DNA of 62,987 nucleotides, filler included, from Octopus bimaculoides (Eukaryota): assembly GCF_001194135.2 (NCBI RefSeq). It is 8 parts of 7 records of this genome, joined end to end, with 100 filler letters (N's around TTAATTAATTAA, not from the genome) between each part and the next. Parts side by side here need not be neighbours in the genome. Positions count along the whole stretch, not along the records: positions 23,157 to 37,677 come from NC_068983.1; positions 37,778 to 43,165 come from NC_068982.1; 6 more parts are not named here. One strand, 5' to 3'. Of this stretch, positions 24,809 to 37,797 are shown piece by piece (within the stretch, counting starts at the first letter, position 1; each line of letters opens with the position of its first letter). A model generated the notes under the pieces. That model saw only the letters and a list, made by a program, of their open reading frames with translations, ran no database searches and had not been told where the DNA came from. Position numbers and translations under genes: made by a program.

Positions 24809-25424
24809 CTACACGTGTATGCTGTATTATGTCAGATCGCTCTTGAGGCCTACTGGTAACATGTAATCCAGTACAACTTTTCGCATGGTCAGGTCGTCAG
24901 CGACAAAACTGGTAACCCCGTCAAGCTTGCTTGGTGAGGAGGATAATTATTGGACAACCTGCGGGACGAAAAATAAGACCCGTCAAAGGGTGGAAGAACT
25001 ATTGTGTAGTCAACGGCCAATTCAACAAGTGCTGTGTCGCGGTGAAGTGCCTGTGCGCTCCATTGACCTGGAGAGCTATGCTGGAGGGAGAGAAATCTTC
25101 AGGCAGGTCTTACCAGGCCAAACAGGTCGAAGGATAGGAGACAGACAAAACCTTAGCGACAATAAATCGACAGCAGAGCGTGAACTTAGTTATCGGCAAG
25201 ACCTAATAGATCAGATTCCTGGCTTTGAACTAGCAGGATGGCATGCAGAGGATCTTGAATATAGACAATGGATGATACCCTAATATTCCTAGTTAGTTAG
25301 AAACTGCGGGACCACATGGAGCAGCGCCCTGTAATTCCTATAGTATGCGCAACCGAAACCCCTATAAAGAAGCGTCCTATGGGACGACCTAGATGAGATG
25401 TATGCTGTAGACTGTGATTTTGTC

Positions 25425-26190
25425 ATGGACAGGGAGTTGAAACGTGAAAGCCAACGTGCAATTTTGTGTTAAACTTGAGAAGTCTGCTAAAGAGACATTG
25501 AGCATGCTTCGGCAAGCTTACGGCGACAATGGATCGCACGCAATGTTTCGAGTGTCACGAGCACTTCAAAAGCAGAAGAATGCCTCTGGAAGACGATGAG
25601 CGATCTGTAAGACCTGCGACGAGCGTCACCTCCGGAAATGTGATATTCTTTTACTTGTTTCAGTCATTTGACTGCGGCCATGCTCGAGCACAATCGAGAA
25701 TAGCACCCTGCCCCTCCAGGCCAGGCTGTCAATCGTTTTGAAGCGTTTGAGGGAGGACATTCGGCGAAAGTGACCGGATCTGTGGAGCGCGAAGAATTGG
25801 ATTCTTCACGACGACAATGCACTCTGTCACTGAACTTACTCCTCACTCGTTAGTTTTTCGCCAAAAACAACATGGTATCGCTTCCGCACCTGCCCTATTC
25901 GCCAGATTTAGCACTTGTATTCTTCCATCTATCTCTTCGTCAAGATAAAAATGCAGCTCAATGGTTGCTGTTTCAACACCGTTATCGAGATCCAGAGCGA
26001 ATTGCAGAAGATCCTCGACTCGCTTACGGAAAACAACTTCCAGGCCGGATTCCAAAAGTTGCAAGAACGCTGGGACCGGTATATTGCTTCGCAGGGTGAC
26101 TCTTTCAGAGGAGATGATGTTATAACTTAAATAAATATTTTTTTTTTATTAAACGTAACTAGTCCTGGAACTTTTTGATATCACCTCGTA
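25425..26190 (+). mobile_element. Internally deleted, frameshifted mariner transposon (3' TIR at 26161-26190)
   Basis: Fragments ANVQFCVKLEKSAKETLSMLRQAYGD, EDDERSVRP, WILHDDNA, HLPYSPDLA, FQKLQERWDRYIASQGD, then gtcctggaactttttgatatcacctcgTA. Confidence 0.85.
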
Positions 26191-27989
26191 AATTTCACGC
26201 ACAAATTAGTCAAAAGAAATCTATAGCAAAAGAATCTTGCATGCTTAGCCAAATTTAACTTCCTTTGCTGATATAGAAAAACAGTGGTTAACAAATCTCT
26301 GATGTCGCAAATAGCCGATAGGTTTGGTAAATGATCGTTATTATCACCAGAAGCAGTAATATTTCAAAATAGCTTTCTGTTCATTTTAATCAGAAAGCCA
26401 CACAAGCTTTCTGTGCATTTTACTTAGAAAGCCTCGTCTCGAGAAAGCATCTCGTATAACGTATTGTGCTAAAAAGTACAGAAGAACAGCAGCAGTAGAC
26501 AAAAATCTATTTCAGCTATGGTCAGCCATAGTATGCAACACATAATAAGAGACATTAAAAATCTAGTAATGCCTGAACCTGACGTGTTTGAAAATAAGGA
26601 AAGGCGTTACACAGCCAATTCCACTCGCTAAACAACAAGATCATTTACCTAACAAAAAAGAAGACCTAGTCAATATCAGTGGAGGCAAACGAAGCCGCAA
26701 GTGTTACATCAGAATTTTCCTTCTAGAAAGATGTGTAAGCAAAGACTAGGGGTCGTTCACTCCCAGCTGTTGGATGGCCGTTGTTTTTCCTGAGGTCATC
26801 CGTTGTTTGACAGTTATAACTTTTCGTTTACCAAGGTGTCCAATGAAAACCATCCATCTTAGCAAAAAAGCTTGGTAGGTTTGTCGGTTTAGTTGCTAAT
26901 GGCCTGATTATGCGACAGGTTGTACTGAATAAACAGGTTACCAGTAACATGAAGAATGATCATACATACATGCATACATGTAAGCATTGATTCTTTTACT
27001 TCAGCCATTGATATACTGGCGCAGTGCTCTGACGGATATAGTCGAATAAATCGATCCCAGTATTTGTTTTTAAATGTGGCATTTATTTTATTGATCTCTT
27101 TTTCGAACCGCTAAGATACAAAGACGTAAACAAATCAATATCGGTTGTGAAGTGTTGATGGGCGATCACAAATATACACAAAAGAAAGAAGTCAAGACAG
27201 GAGGAGACACATTTTTAAAATCTTGCATTACTTTAATACTTAAAAGGAATGAAGAGACGTTTCGGGCGCTAGTCCTTTATTAGAAGAAAAATAAAGGAAG
27301 AATGTGAATGAAAATAAGTAATTAGAACAACAAAATAATAACTGGTGGGGGGTTAAGGTCCAGGTGGAAATGCAAGAGAGTTAAGAAGGAATGAGTAGCG
27401 GAGCGTGTGCATGCGTGTTAAGATGTATTGGCATACGGGGAAATGTGAATTTTGTGGGGGAGAGTTATATATATGTGTAGAGGTGTGTAGTAGCGTAGAA
27501 TGGCTAGTGTATAGGCGTAATTGTATCGTGTGTAAGCAAAACTGGCAAGTGAGGAGTTGATTGTGAGTCTGAGGTGAAAGGGAAGGTAAAAATGATGTAG
27601 AGAATGTGGTAGAAGTTAGTATAAGAATGTGGCTGTAAGATGCTACTGGTAGAGAGGTGAGAGAAAAGTGGAGAAACAAAGAGTAACAATACCACAAAAA
27701 ATGAAATTATTTTGTTTCAATAAGAGAAAAGACGAAAAGTAGCGGGGCACATGGAAAGGCAAAAAAAAATGTCGAATGAAGTGTGTGTATGTCGGAATGT
27801 AAAGCATGTAAATGGAGGAAGAAAAATAGATAGCTATATAAATAATAATAATAACACATGCTTCCTTAAAATACTCCATTTTAGTGAGAGGATAACTACA
27901 GCCATAAAAAGGGAAGGATTAGACATACAACTAGTCCACTCTAGCCCCTCTTCGAGAAACGAGCAAGGGACAACAATCAATGCACACTA

Positions 27990-28245
27990 GCTAACTGCCC
28001 CATCCGTGACACAGATTTACGCCAACGGGTAAATGTTGTGTATAGAATACAATGCAACAAGTTCTATGTGGGCAGCACAACAAGACCGTTACGTATTCGC
28101 ATCAAAGAACATCTAAACACGCGAGCCTCCTTCTTCAGAAAACATCTAGACAGATACCGGAACACCTACAAAAGCATAACAGTTGCAATTGAGGTCATGA
28201 CAGAAATTTGGGAAATCTAAGAATTAAGGAAGCTATCCTCATAGA
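27990..28245 (+). mobile_element. Penelope-like element GIY-YIG endonuclease remnant
   Basis: NVVYRIQCNKFYVGSTTRPLRIRIKEHL...LRIKEAILI. Confidence 0.8.
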
Positions 28246-29173
28246 CATGTCGCGCACATATGGTTGCTATGCATGTGCCTGGTGTACTCTTATCAGACGA
28301 GTAGTCNNNNNNNNNNNNNNNNNNNNNNNNNNNNNNNNNNNNNNNNNNNNNNNNNNNNNNNNNNNNNNNNNNNNNNNNNNNNNNNNNNNNNNNNNNNNNN
28401 NNNNNNAGTAAAATTTTAATCACATATGCATCCTTATCTCTACAAATCTCTACAAATCTATACATATGCACATTATTGTTTCTTGGTTTCTCGCTTATAC
28501 ATCAATAATAATTATAAAGTTTATTATACAATCCACACACGAACGCGTACATAACAAACACTGAACGTATGGTATTTAAATGTCTACCCAAAGAGATAAG
28601 CCTCATTCCTCTGGACAACTATAATCAGTATTTGGTGAAAAAAAAGCGATAAATATAGAACAAAAAATAAAGGAGGAAGTAATAGTAGTGAATTTCCTCT
28701 GGTGGGCCTTGGAAGAAACTTTAACACTCGTCTAGGGGCGGTGTTTTGTCGAAAAGTAAACGCTGTAAAGACAGACTCATCTCTTAGTGTCACTACCCAA
28801 ACGAATAACAAAACCAAAAAAAGAGCGATGGACAGATAACTATGAATAGAATGAAGTAATTTACACACCCTACAATGCAACACTCCTCCAAAAATATACA
28901 AGTATAAATTCATACAATAAATGCATAATAAAATGAACAAATACCACAACATGTGCCACAGAAGCCCAATACATAACAAGAACACAACCTGCACTGCACA
29001 AACAACACACAATACAAAAACTAATACAACAGAAGAGTCAAACCAAATCCCATAGCAAAACACACTGATGCAATATAATGTTCCCCAAACAGGGAAAAAT
29101 ACAGCATACACCTCACCAGCACGAAAGTACAGCAAGTGATGCAATAGAAAGTTACTTGGAACTACCAGATGTC

Positions 29174-29220
<47 letters not shown>

Positions 29221-29369
29221 GTGGTGAGAACGATGGTGACGAACATTACCTTAGCTCAGTTTATGAGAGACAAGAGTTTACCTAAAAACTCTGGTGGTGA
29301 CCACAAAAATGTGGCTGGACCTCGCTCGGCAATCGTAAGACAGCACCACCAAATAATAGAGTAATGAGG

Positions 29370-29640
29370 AGGAGGAGGTGAACCAGTGAAGAAAGCGGAA
29401 TAGTGATGCAATGCTACTTAGAAAGTGAACCTAAAAAAAGGGGTTGTAGAAAACGGATGTTAACACTTTGGGTAGAGCATGGTATGTTTAAAGTGACTGA
29501 GCAAAGATTAGTTGATCAAGCTAAGGATCTATTAAGAAAAGAATTGGAGGCGGAAGAGATCACAAGGGACCTGGAAAAGAAAGACCAGGCTGTAGAAAAG
29601 ACAAACAACAACATAAGAGATGCAGTTCAAACCAAAGAAG
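29370..29640 (+). mobile_element. R4/Dong-clade LINE N-terminal fragment
   Basis: WTSEESGIVMQCYLESEPKKRGCRKRMLTLW...MFKVTEQRLVDQAK motif typical of the R4/Dong N-terminus. Confidence 0.7.
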
Positions 29641-29774
29641 AACTCAAAGGGAAAAAAAAATGATAATAACACTGCCAATTAAGAAGGGACACCTGGCACC
29701 AGCGATTTAAGTGAGGAGGACCAGAAGATTTTAGATGAGTAGCTGGAAGTAGCGAGTAAAGAAGAATGAAAAAG

Positions 29775-30170
29775 ATTACCACTTTAGGAAAGTGGTTATA
29801 CACCATTAGGTGTACTCCGCTTCCGTACATTAAATTCTGAAGAAACAACGAAACGCAGATTCTGAACCATCAACACAACAATATTTATTTACAGAGGAAA
29901 TAGGCAGCACTTCGCCCTTTGGTTGCTGAGACGCCGTCAATGATGTTGGTTGGTTATTTGTCTAGCTCCAGAGTTGGAATGTTGGAAAGAGCTGTCTCCA
30001 GAGTTGGAATGTTGGAGAGAGACTGCTTGAAGACGTCCAGGCTCATGGCCGGCCGGCCGGCCGAGAAAGAGAATGAAAAAGGGTGCGAAGATTGAATATT
30101 GATGACCACGCATGCGCATGAGACTCTTCCTGTGTTCCTTCCGGAACTAGTCCCTGTGCATGCGTGGATA
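29775..30170 (-). mobile_element. Solo or orphan LTR of the same family as 43266-43465
   Basis: ccactttaggaaagtggttatacaccattaggtgtac...aacacaacaatatttattt...gaggaaataggcagc...ggttgctgagacgcc shared in inverted orientation. Contains a 30-bp x2 internal tandem at about 29965-30025. Confidence 0.65.
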
Positions 30171-30389
30171 AGCTTTCCGGATATGTCGTCTGCTATTAAG
30201 GCGTTACTACACCACCATTAAATGGTACCAACAGAAGGAAGCTGCTACATAACTGTTCGTTTAAAGTTTTAACTGTTAAAAAATCGGACATAAATGTTCA
30301 CATTGCAGAGTAAAAAAAAATGTCGAGCAAAAATAGTTTGGAAAGATTTTCTCAAAAGAAAGTCTAGGTGAGAAAGATTGAGTACATAA

Positions 30390-32700
30390 AAATTAATAAT
30401 GTGAACGTGAAGTTACAGATAGATACAGGCAGTGATATTAAAATTAACACTGACACATGGAAAAAATGGAAACTTTAAATATTGCGAAAGGTGTCTCAGA
30501 AAAAAAATTACATATTTTGGGCGAAATAATAACTGTAATAATAACGGGGTAAAACCTTGAAAGCAAAAGGTTTTGTGCTAAATAATGCAACAAACTTGTT
30601 CGGTACTGATTGGATGGAATTGTTTAGTTTATCGGATCTACCCATAAATCTGTTCCGTAAAAATATAAATGGCTTTTCTTCCAGTAAAAACAAGTCGTCA
30701 GACGAATTGAAAGAAAAAGTAAAAAATAATTTCCTGAAGTTCATTCTAAATGGGCAACACCAACTGTGTACGTTAAGAAAAAGAATAATAAACCAGTGCA
30801 CACACTGATTTAAACGAATGTCTTAAAACGTATCACTATCCGCTACCTACTCCGGAGGATATTTTTGAGAAATCAAAAGGTGATATCTTTATTATAGGCA
30901 CGAAGGCCTCATTACAAAGAGGGGGGACATTACAAGGACAGACAATACAAAACGTGGGGTACATAAAGCGAATGATGAAATGAAATGAATAACTTACAAT
31001 ATGATGATGGAATGGCTTACGAGTCCCCCAAAGCTCGCAGTTTCATTTAACAGTTTTCTTATAGAGTTCTTATTCATTTTTTTTTTCCTTTTANNNNNNN
31101 NNNTTAACAGTTTTCTTATAGAGTTCTTATTCATTTTTTTTTTCCTTTTATGGTTCATTTATGATTATATATGGCCTCAACTCCTCCACCGTTACGACGC
31201 TTGGCAAAGTTTTGTAGCCCACATACAATCCGCTTCGTTGGAAATTAAATCTGTTCATTTCTCGCAGCTTCTTCGCTATACATTCCTCCACCACTATTGC
31301 TTTTGTTTCTTCATCAAACGTTCCGGGTTCCAATTTCAGCCGTACCAATCCTTTTATTTTGGCTATCGTTTTTTCCGTTTCTAAATCCTTACTGTAGAAA
31401 AGTATTGTTCTAATATTTTTAAAATCTGCCTTTCCGATTATCTTTCCTTCTGACTTCGCCTTTTCCTTCTGTTCCATCATCGCAGTCCACCAATTTACCC
31501 ACTTCTCCTGTCTTGTCAAATGTTTTTCCTGCTTTGTCTTGGTTCTGATCTTAGTTACGTTCTGTTCCTCGCTACAATTTCCATCTTCCATCATCTTTTT
31601 TTTCCCCCTTTCTTTCTTTTTGGGGACTTTGGCGGCGATTCAGTCCGCATACGTTTTTTTTTCTCCATGCTCCTCGGTCTCTTCCTGCTTTTCTTCTACA
31701 CCATTTCCTCCTCACAAACCTCTGTTTCTTCTACTTCGTTTTCTTCCACAATGATCTCTCTTCGAGGACACACCGCTTGCATGTGTCCTCTACTTCCGCA
31801 TTTGTAGCATACGGGTTGCCTTCCCTCCACTACGATCCGTAGTCGAGTGTCATCGGGGAGCACTAATTCCTCTGCGATGTTATGTAGGTCCGGTAGGGTA
31901 ATGTGGGCTAGAATTTCTACCCCAAAACCCCACCATTTGATTTGAGAAATCAAAAGGTGGAGAGATATTTTCTAAACTGAATCTCTCTGACGCGTACCTA
32001 CAAATTAGAGTCGACGATGAATGTTCGAAATACCTAACAGTGAACACACATAAAGGACTATATAAGTGCAGCAGGTTACCATTTGGTTTAAAAGTCGCAC
32101 CAGTAATTTTTCAACAAATTATGGATGCAATGTTGGTGGACTGTGAATTTACAGTTCCATATCTGGATGATATACTCATTAAAAGTGAATCTATGGATCA
32201 ACACGTCGAGCACGTTAAAAATGTATCTCAAAAAAAAAAAAAAAAAGATTACAGCTTTACCTTGAGTGAAGAAAAGTGTGATTTTTTTCTTACCGGAAAC
32301 AAGATATTTAGGACAAATCATTGACAGAAATGGACGACGACCTGACCCGTCGAGGGAAGAGGCAATAAAAAATATGCCTCATCCGACTAATATAGCGACC
32401 ATACAAGCAATTTTAAGACTGGCAAATTATTACCAAAATTATATCCTAAATATGCATAAGGCTAAGGCTTCACTGAATAATTTGCTAAAAAAAAAGATAT
32501 GAAATGGAATTGGTCAGAAAATTGCCAAAAAGGTGTTTGACGAAATTTAAAAAATATTAATATCTGATTTGTCGTTAGCTCACTTCGATCCTACAGCGAA
32601 GATTGTTGTAGTTTCAAATGCTTCTGAGTACAGTATAAAAGCGGTAATGCTACATAAATATAAAGATGGTAACATGAAGGCGGTGGAGAAAATTGAAAGT
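30390..32700 (+). mobile_element. Decayed Gypsy/Ty3 pol (protease-RT-RNase H start), split by the 30883-31940 insertion
   Basis: DTGSD, NLFGTDWMELF, YHYPLPTPEDIFEKSKG|G.IFSKLNLSDAYLQI, LPFGLKVAP..FQQIMD, PYLDDILI, YLGQIIDRNGRRPDP, LAHFDP. Confidence 0.9.
30883..31940 (-). mobile_element. ORF1-only (HAL1-like) non-autonomous L1/Tx1-type retroelement, 5'-truncated, 19-bp TSD
   Basis: TSD tttgagaaatcaaaaggtg at 30864-30882 and 31941-31959. ORF1-like LRIVVEGRQPVCYKCGSRGHMQAVCP (CCHC knuckle) with a charged tail to a stop at about 31148, then UTR ending ...GTGCCTATAATAAAGATAT. No ORF2. Confidence 0.75.
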
Positions 32701-33519
32701 GACAAATTAGGTGAAGTAACGAATTAGCCAAAAACGAATTAGTCTAATTCTACTGTATTAATACTAATAAATTTTACTTATGATTTATTTGTCAGATTGA
32801 TTTTTTTTTAATATGGAAGAATTGACTGCGCACATGGTTGATTGGAAACCATTTAGTGACCATTCTATTGCAATCAATGGGATTTCAATTCAAGTGAAAA
32901 AAATCTAGTGCAATATTATTTACAACTTCATATTTTATTGTTTGTACTTGATACAACTAAATAAAATGACTATTTTAATTGTATATTTCAAAAGACATGA
33001 TTAGAAAAATTTTTTTGCTTAAATTTATTTTTGATTATTTTTGTACTGTGTTTTTAAAGATTTACTTGCTTTTTAGATTCTCATGATAAATAAAATAAAT
33101 TATCTCAAATTTACCAAATGTAATGTATTTTAATTTTTAAAATGTTATTCTCGGCTACGATATTCTAAGTACTGTAAAATTTTCATTTTAAGTAATTTTT
33201 AGTTTCTTTTAGAGGTGACGAATTAAGCAAATTATACTGTAGAAATCTTGTTCTGTACTTTTCCAGGTGTAATAACTTAAGAATATTAACATGCATGTAC
33301 CCGCATTTTTCAATGTAATCCATTTTTTCCCAGGCAATGCAATAAAACTAATAAATATTCTTTTGTTGAAAAATATTTGAATTAAATGAGACCTGCCTGT
33401 ATATTTATTTCTTTTAAAATTAATTATTTTTTAGGATAATGAGAAATGTAATTATAATTGCAAAAAATATATTAGATCTTATATCTTCACTGTATATAAA
33501 ATTTTGATACTGAAACTTT

Positions 33520-34255
33520 GATACTGCCCTTCATTGGACCTAACATGTAAGAGTCGGAGGGAACCAGATCTAGACTTTAAGGATGAGGAGACAGATGAAC
33601 AGCCCTATTTGCTGATCATCTGATTTGTTATAAAACACATTTTGAGGAGCATTGCTATTTTGAATGTCAGTCGTTCTTAGTTTCTTGTTCGGTCTCCTCT
33701 CCTAATGGTTTCTTTAAGCTTTTAGAGTGTCTCAGAGTATCACTCGCTGTTCATAGTTCAATCACTTCCAGAAAATCATGGAGAATGACACTTTTAGCAC
33801 CCTCCAAAACAGTCACCATGGTTTTCTGTGCTGCTCTGGAACTTTTGAGGTTTTGAAGGAGAAGTGTCATACGATTCGATGGACTGTGCTTTTACTTTTG
33901 GATGATAAAAATGCAGCCATGTTTGGTTCTCCGTCATCAGAATGCTAAAAAAAAAATACCTTCAAACGCGTCTCTAGTGTCAACTATTGAGGTACCAACT
34001 TTGCACACACTTTCCAATACAATCTTCTACTTTCCAGTTGTGCAGCAAACTCATGGATTGTGACTTAACTGTCCACACAAATCAATTTGTCCACTCACTG
34101 GTGATTCGTGCCAATTGATAGTTTGTCTTCAGTACTGGTTTTAAAGACCTTTTCATTGCTCTTATCAATAGTAACATCGTAAACAACGAGTCCCTTTCTG
34201 CGGATGTCGAAAGGCTTGCATCACGTCTTCGTCAAGAACTTAATGAAAGTACGTG
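33520..34255 (-). mobile_element. Decayed mariner transposase
   Basis: Minus-strand fragments resembling FIKFL, VDKLI, KTMVTV...KSVILHDFLE and SLDLVPSDSYMLGPMK (cf. SPDLAPSDYHLFGPLK). Many stops. Confidence 0.7.
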
Positions 34256-34508
34256 ACTTCTGTTTGGAACCCATTATTTTTATGTATAAAAGAACAAGAA
34301 GAATTACTATAGAGAAAGAATTACTCTATCTATGTGAGGAATTCGAATGACCTATGTCCGTTAATACGGTAGAACACTGTATGCAGTTCTTTCCTTACAA
34401 AAAGACGTCTCATAATTAAAACAGAAAACAAACTTATATGTATTCATATATACATACATACATACATACATACATACAAGAGGATTCAACTGAAAGTAAT
34501 GCAAAAAG

Positions 34509-34561
<53 letters not shown>

Positions 34562-35319
34562 TTCGTTTTTGTATTTGGTTTGCAAGATTCTTTGAATTAT
34601 GTTGTGTCTCGGCAGAGTCATATTGTCTTAATGCCTTATTATCTAACACACTCACTGGTTCGATTTCCATTTATTTATTATTTATATTTTTTCTTCAAAA
34701 ATTTTCGTTGCTTTTTCAGCCTTGTCAACGGATATCTTCTTATATATAAAATAGATCTGTGTGTGTGTATTCGCTTTTCACGTGAAAACAGCTGCACGAA
34801 TTGGTTCCATACTTAGGGTGCATGAATTTGACCTCGGATACATAATAGGGTCTTCATTTTAGTTTTTTTTTTATTAAAAATAAATAATATTGCTTTTTAT
34901 ATATGATTCACTTCTTTAAAAAAGTTTTTAAATGTCATCTTCTGGTATTGCCGTAGCAACCCTTGCAGGTGAAATTTTCCGTTTTCATTTGCGAAATCTC
35001 TCACTCTCTATTTTAATGGTTTCATTTCAAGTTTTAATTCACTATTTGCAAACAACTACGATAAATGACTGACAGAAATATTTACCAAGCAAGTGAGATG
35101 TTTTATAAATTGAAGTTTCCGAGAAAATTTGCTTTCTGAACTTCCATTTATTATTGAATATTTCAAGTTCAGAAATTAAAATATTCGGTACAAGACAGTT
35201 TTTAACGAGCTTTATTTATACGATTTTTTGCATTTCATGTTTATTTCATTCATTGTTTGCAATATTCTCTCTCCCCACCTTTCTCTCCCCCACACACATA
35301 CACTGTCTCTCTAATATAA

Positions 35320-35369
<50 letters not shown>

Positions 35370-35625
35370 TCTCTGTAATATAAACACACACACACATACA
35401 CTCCAGGTTTGATTTCGTTATTACACAAATATCACATTAGAATTTTGAAATTCAACATAGGGCGTCCAAAAAAATATGGGAATTCCTTCGCTCGAACCCG
35501 TACACTTCGTTAATTTCCGTAATTTATACAATTTATTTACTTTTTGCACGCCGTGTTCAGCTCTATGTAGTTGTAGTCAAATACACACTTGTGTTTTTGT
35601 ATGCACGTTTGTATACGCTTATGTA

Positions 35626-35692
<67 letters not shown>

Positions 35693-35810
35693 AGGAAGAG
35701 AGAGTGAGTGAAGAGGTGTGTTGTCAGCTATACGCATATACATAAATACATGTGCATACATCTTTTTTGTATGTATGTGTGAATGTGTGTGATGTCTAAG
35801 TGGCACTCAG

Positions 35811-35845
<35 letters not shown>

Positions 35846-36014
35846 TACGTCCATTTCATNNNNNNNNNNTCCATTTCATATACACATACATACCTCTTTC
35901 ACTTTCTCCTCTCATTCACTTTGAAACAAATGTAAATAAATAAGAATCTTTTACGGAAATTAACGAACAAAACCAGCTGTTCATTTTGACATTTCTGCGG
36001 GTTCGCTCGTAAGA

Positions 36015-36139
36015 ATGTCAAAATATGTGACTGAAAAGGAACATTTAGCAGCAAAGGCACGAAGGCAGACGATATCATCAAATTTATTAGAATTGGGAAT
36101 CAAATTTGAAAAGATTATCAAGTGGTTAGCAGAAAACCG
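36015..36139 (+). CDS. Candidate exon 1 of an unrecognised 115-aa gene: MSKYVTEKEHLAAKARRQTISSNLLELGIKFEKIIKWLAEN|R
   Basis: agaATG with an in-frame upstream stop, CG|gtgaga donor (phase 2) compatible with the next candidate exon. No homology recognised. Confidence 0.35.
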
Positions 36140-36972
36140 GTGAGAAGTCTTACTGTTAGTGAGTATATGTATGTATATATATATATATATATTGTAAAAT
36201 CTGGTAATTAGTCATATATTAATTAATATCGATTAATTATCAGTAGGCCAGCACATCTAAAGAATCAAAGAGATTCAGAAATATTATCTGCAATCTCAGG
36301 GGATTAAGGTACATTTTAAAAAATAACGTCGACCACTAACGTGGACAATTGATGCGCTAGAAATAGATCACATCTTGTGTCTATTAAAACCTAAATTGTT
36401 CTCAACATGAAATATAGCAGCATAGTCTGTCATACCGGCCATGATGAAATACCACAAGGTATAGAAAATATGAAATACCACAAGGTATAGAAAATACATA
36501 TTCGCCTTTATATATTTATATATTTAATCCTTTATANNNNNNNNNNNNNNNNNNNNNNNNNNNNNNNNNNNNNNNNNNNNNNNNNNNNNNNNNNNNNNNN
36601 NNNNNNNNNNNNNNNNNNNNNNNNNNNNNNNNNNNNNNNNNNNNNNNNNNNNNNNNNNNNNNNNNNNNNNNNNNNNNNNNNNNNNNNNNNNNNNNNNNNN
36701 NNNNNNNNNNNNNNNNNNNNNNNNNNNNNNNNNNNNNNNNNNNNNNNNNNNNNNNNNNNNNNNNNNNNNNNNNNNNNNNNNNNNNNNNNNNNNNNNNNNN
36801 NNNNNNNNNNNNNNNNNNNNNNNNNNNNNNNNNNNNNNNNNNNNNNNNNNNNNNNNNNNNNNNNNNNNNNNNNNNNNNNNNNNNNNNNNNNNNNNNNNNN
36901 NNNNNNNNNNNNNNNNNNNNNNNNNNNNNNNNNNNNNNNNNNNNNNNNNNNNNNNNNNNNNNNNNNNNNNNN

Positions 36973-37635
36973 TTTTACGTGCCACCGGCATGAGGGCCAG
37001 TCAGAGGGTCCTGCCATCGACCACACTTGAAGGCTACTTTTTTCGTGCCACTAGGACAGAAGCCAGTCAGGTGGCACTGGCAACGACCACGCTCAAATGG
37101 TGCTTTTTACGTGCTACCGGCACGGGACCAGTCAGGCGGCGTTGGCATCGACCAGGCTCGAATGGTGCTTTTTACCTACCAGTCAGCAGGTACTGGCATC
37201 GGCCACGACAATGACTTCACTTGACTCAAGAGGTCTTCGCAAGCACAATTTATTGCCCAATGATTGAAGGGTACTCTTAAACGGGCCGGTTATGTTGCCT
37301 TGGCATAGGCCACATTACGTCTCACTTGGCTTGCCGGGTCTTCTCAAGCACAGCATATCTCCAAAGATCTCGGTCACTCGTCATCGCCTCCGTGAGGCCC
37401 ATCCCAGGTATTCACCTCATCCCAGGTCTTCCTGGGTCTACCACAGGTTCCCTCTACTGCTAATGTGTGACACTTTTTCACACAGCTGTCCTCATCCATA
37501 CATAGCACATGACCATACCAGCGCAGTCGTCTCTCTTGCACACCACGTCTGATGCTTCTTATGTCCAACTTTTCTCTCAGGGCGCTTACACTCTGTCGTG
37601 CATGCACACTGACAGTACACATCCAGCGGAGCATA

Positions 37636-37636
<1 letters not shown>
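36973..37636 (-). mobile_element. RTE-clade LINE 3' end (ORF C-terminus plus UTR)
   Basis: MLRWMC...LREKLDIRSI...QERRLRWYGHV..MDEDSCVKKC...GRPRKTW, and a UTR with repeated aaatggtgctttttacgtgcc units. Confidence 0.9.
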
Positions 37637-37677
<41 letters not shown>

Positions 37678-37797
37678 NNNNNNNNNNNNNNNNNNNNNNN
37701 NNNNNNNNNNNNNNNNNNNNNTTAATTAATTAANNNNNNNNNNNNNNNNNNNNNNNNNNNNNNNNNNNNNNNNNNNNCAAATCTCACCTGCGAACCC

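Noticed and set aside
24885-25283. 132-aa ORF as a host gene
   Set aside because: It lies within a TE stack, has no recognisable domain or splice context, and resembles a LINE 5' region.
36443-36495. Short direct repeats (26 bp x2 here, 22 bp x2 at about 49003-49050) as a CRISPR-like array
   Set aside because: They are adjacent copies with no spacers, in eukaryotic DNA, and are simple slippage duplications.
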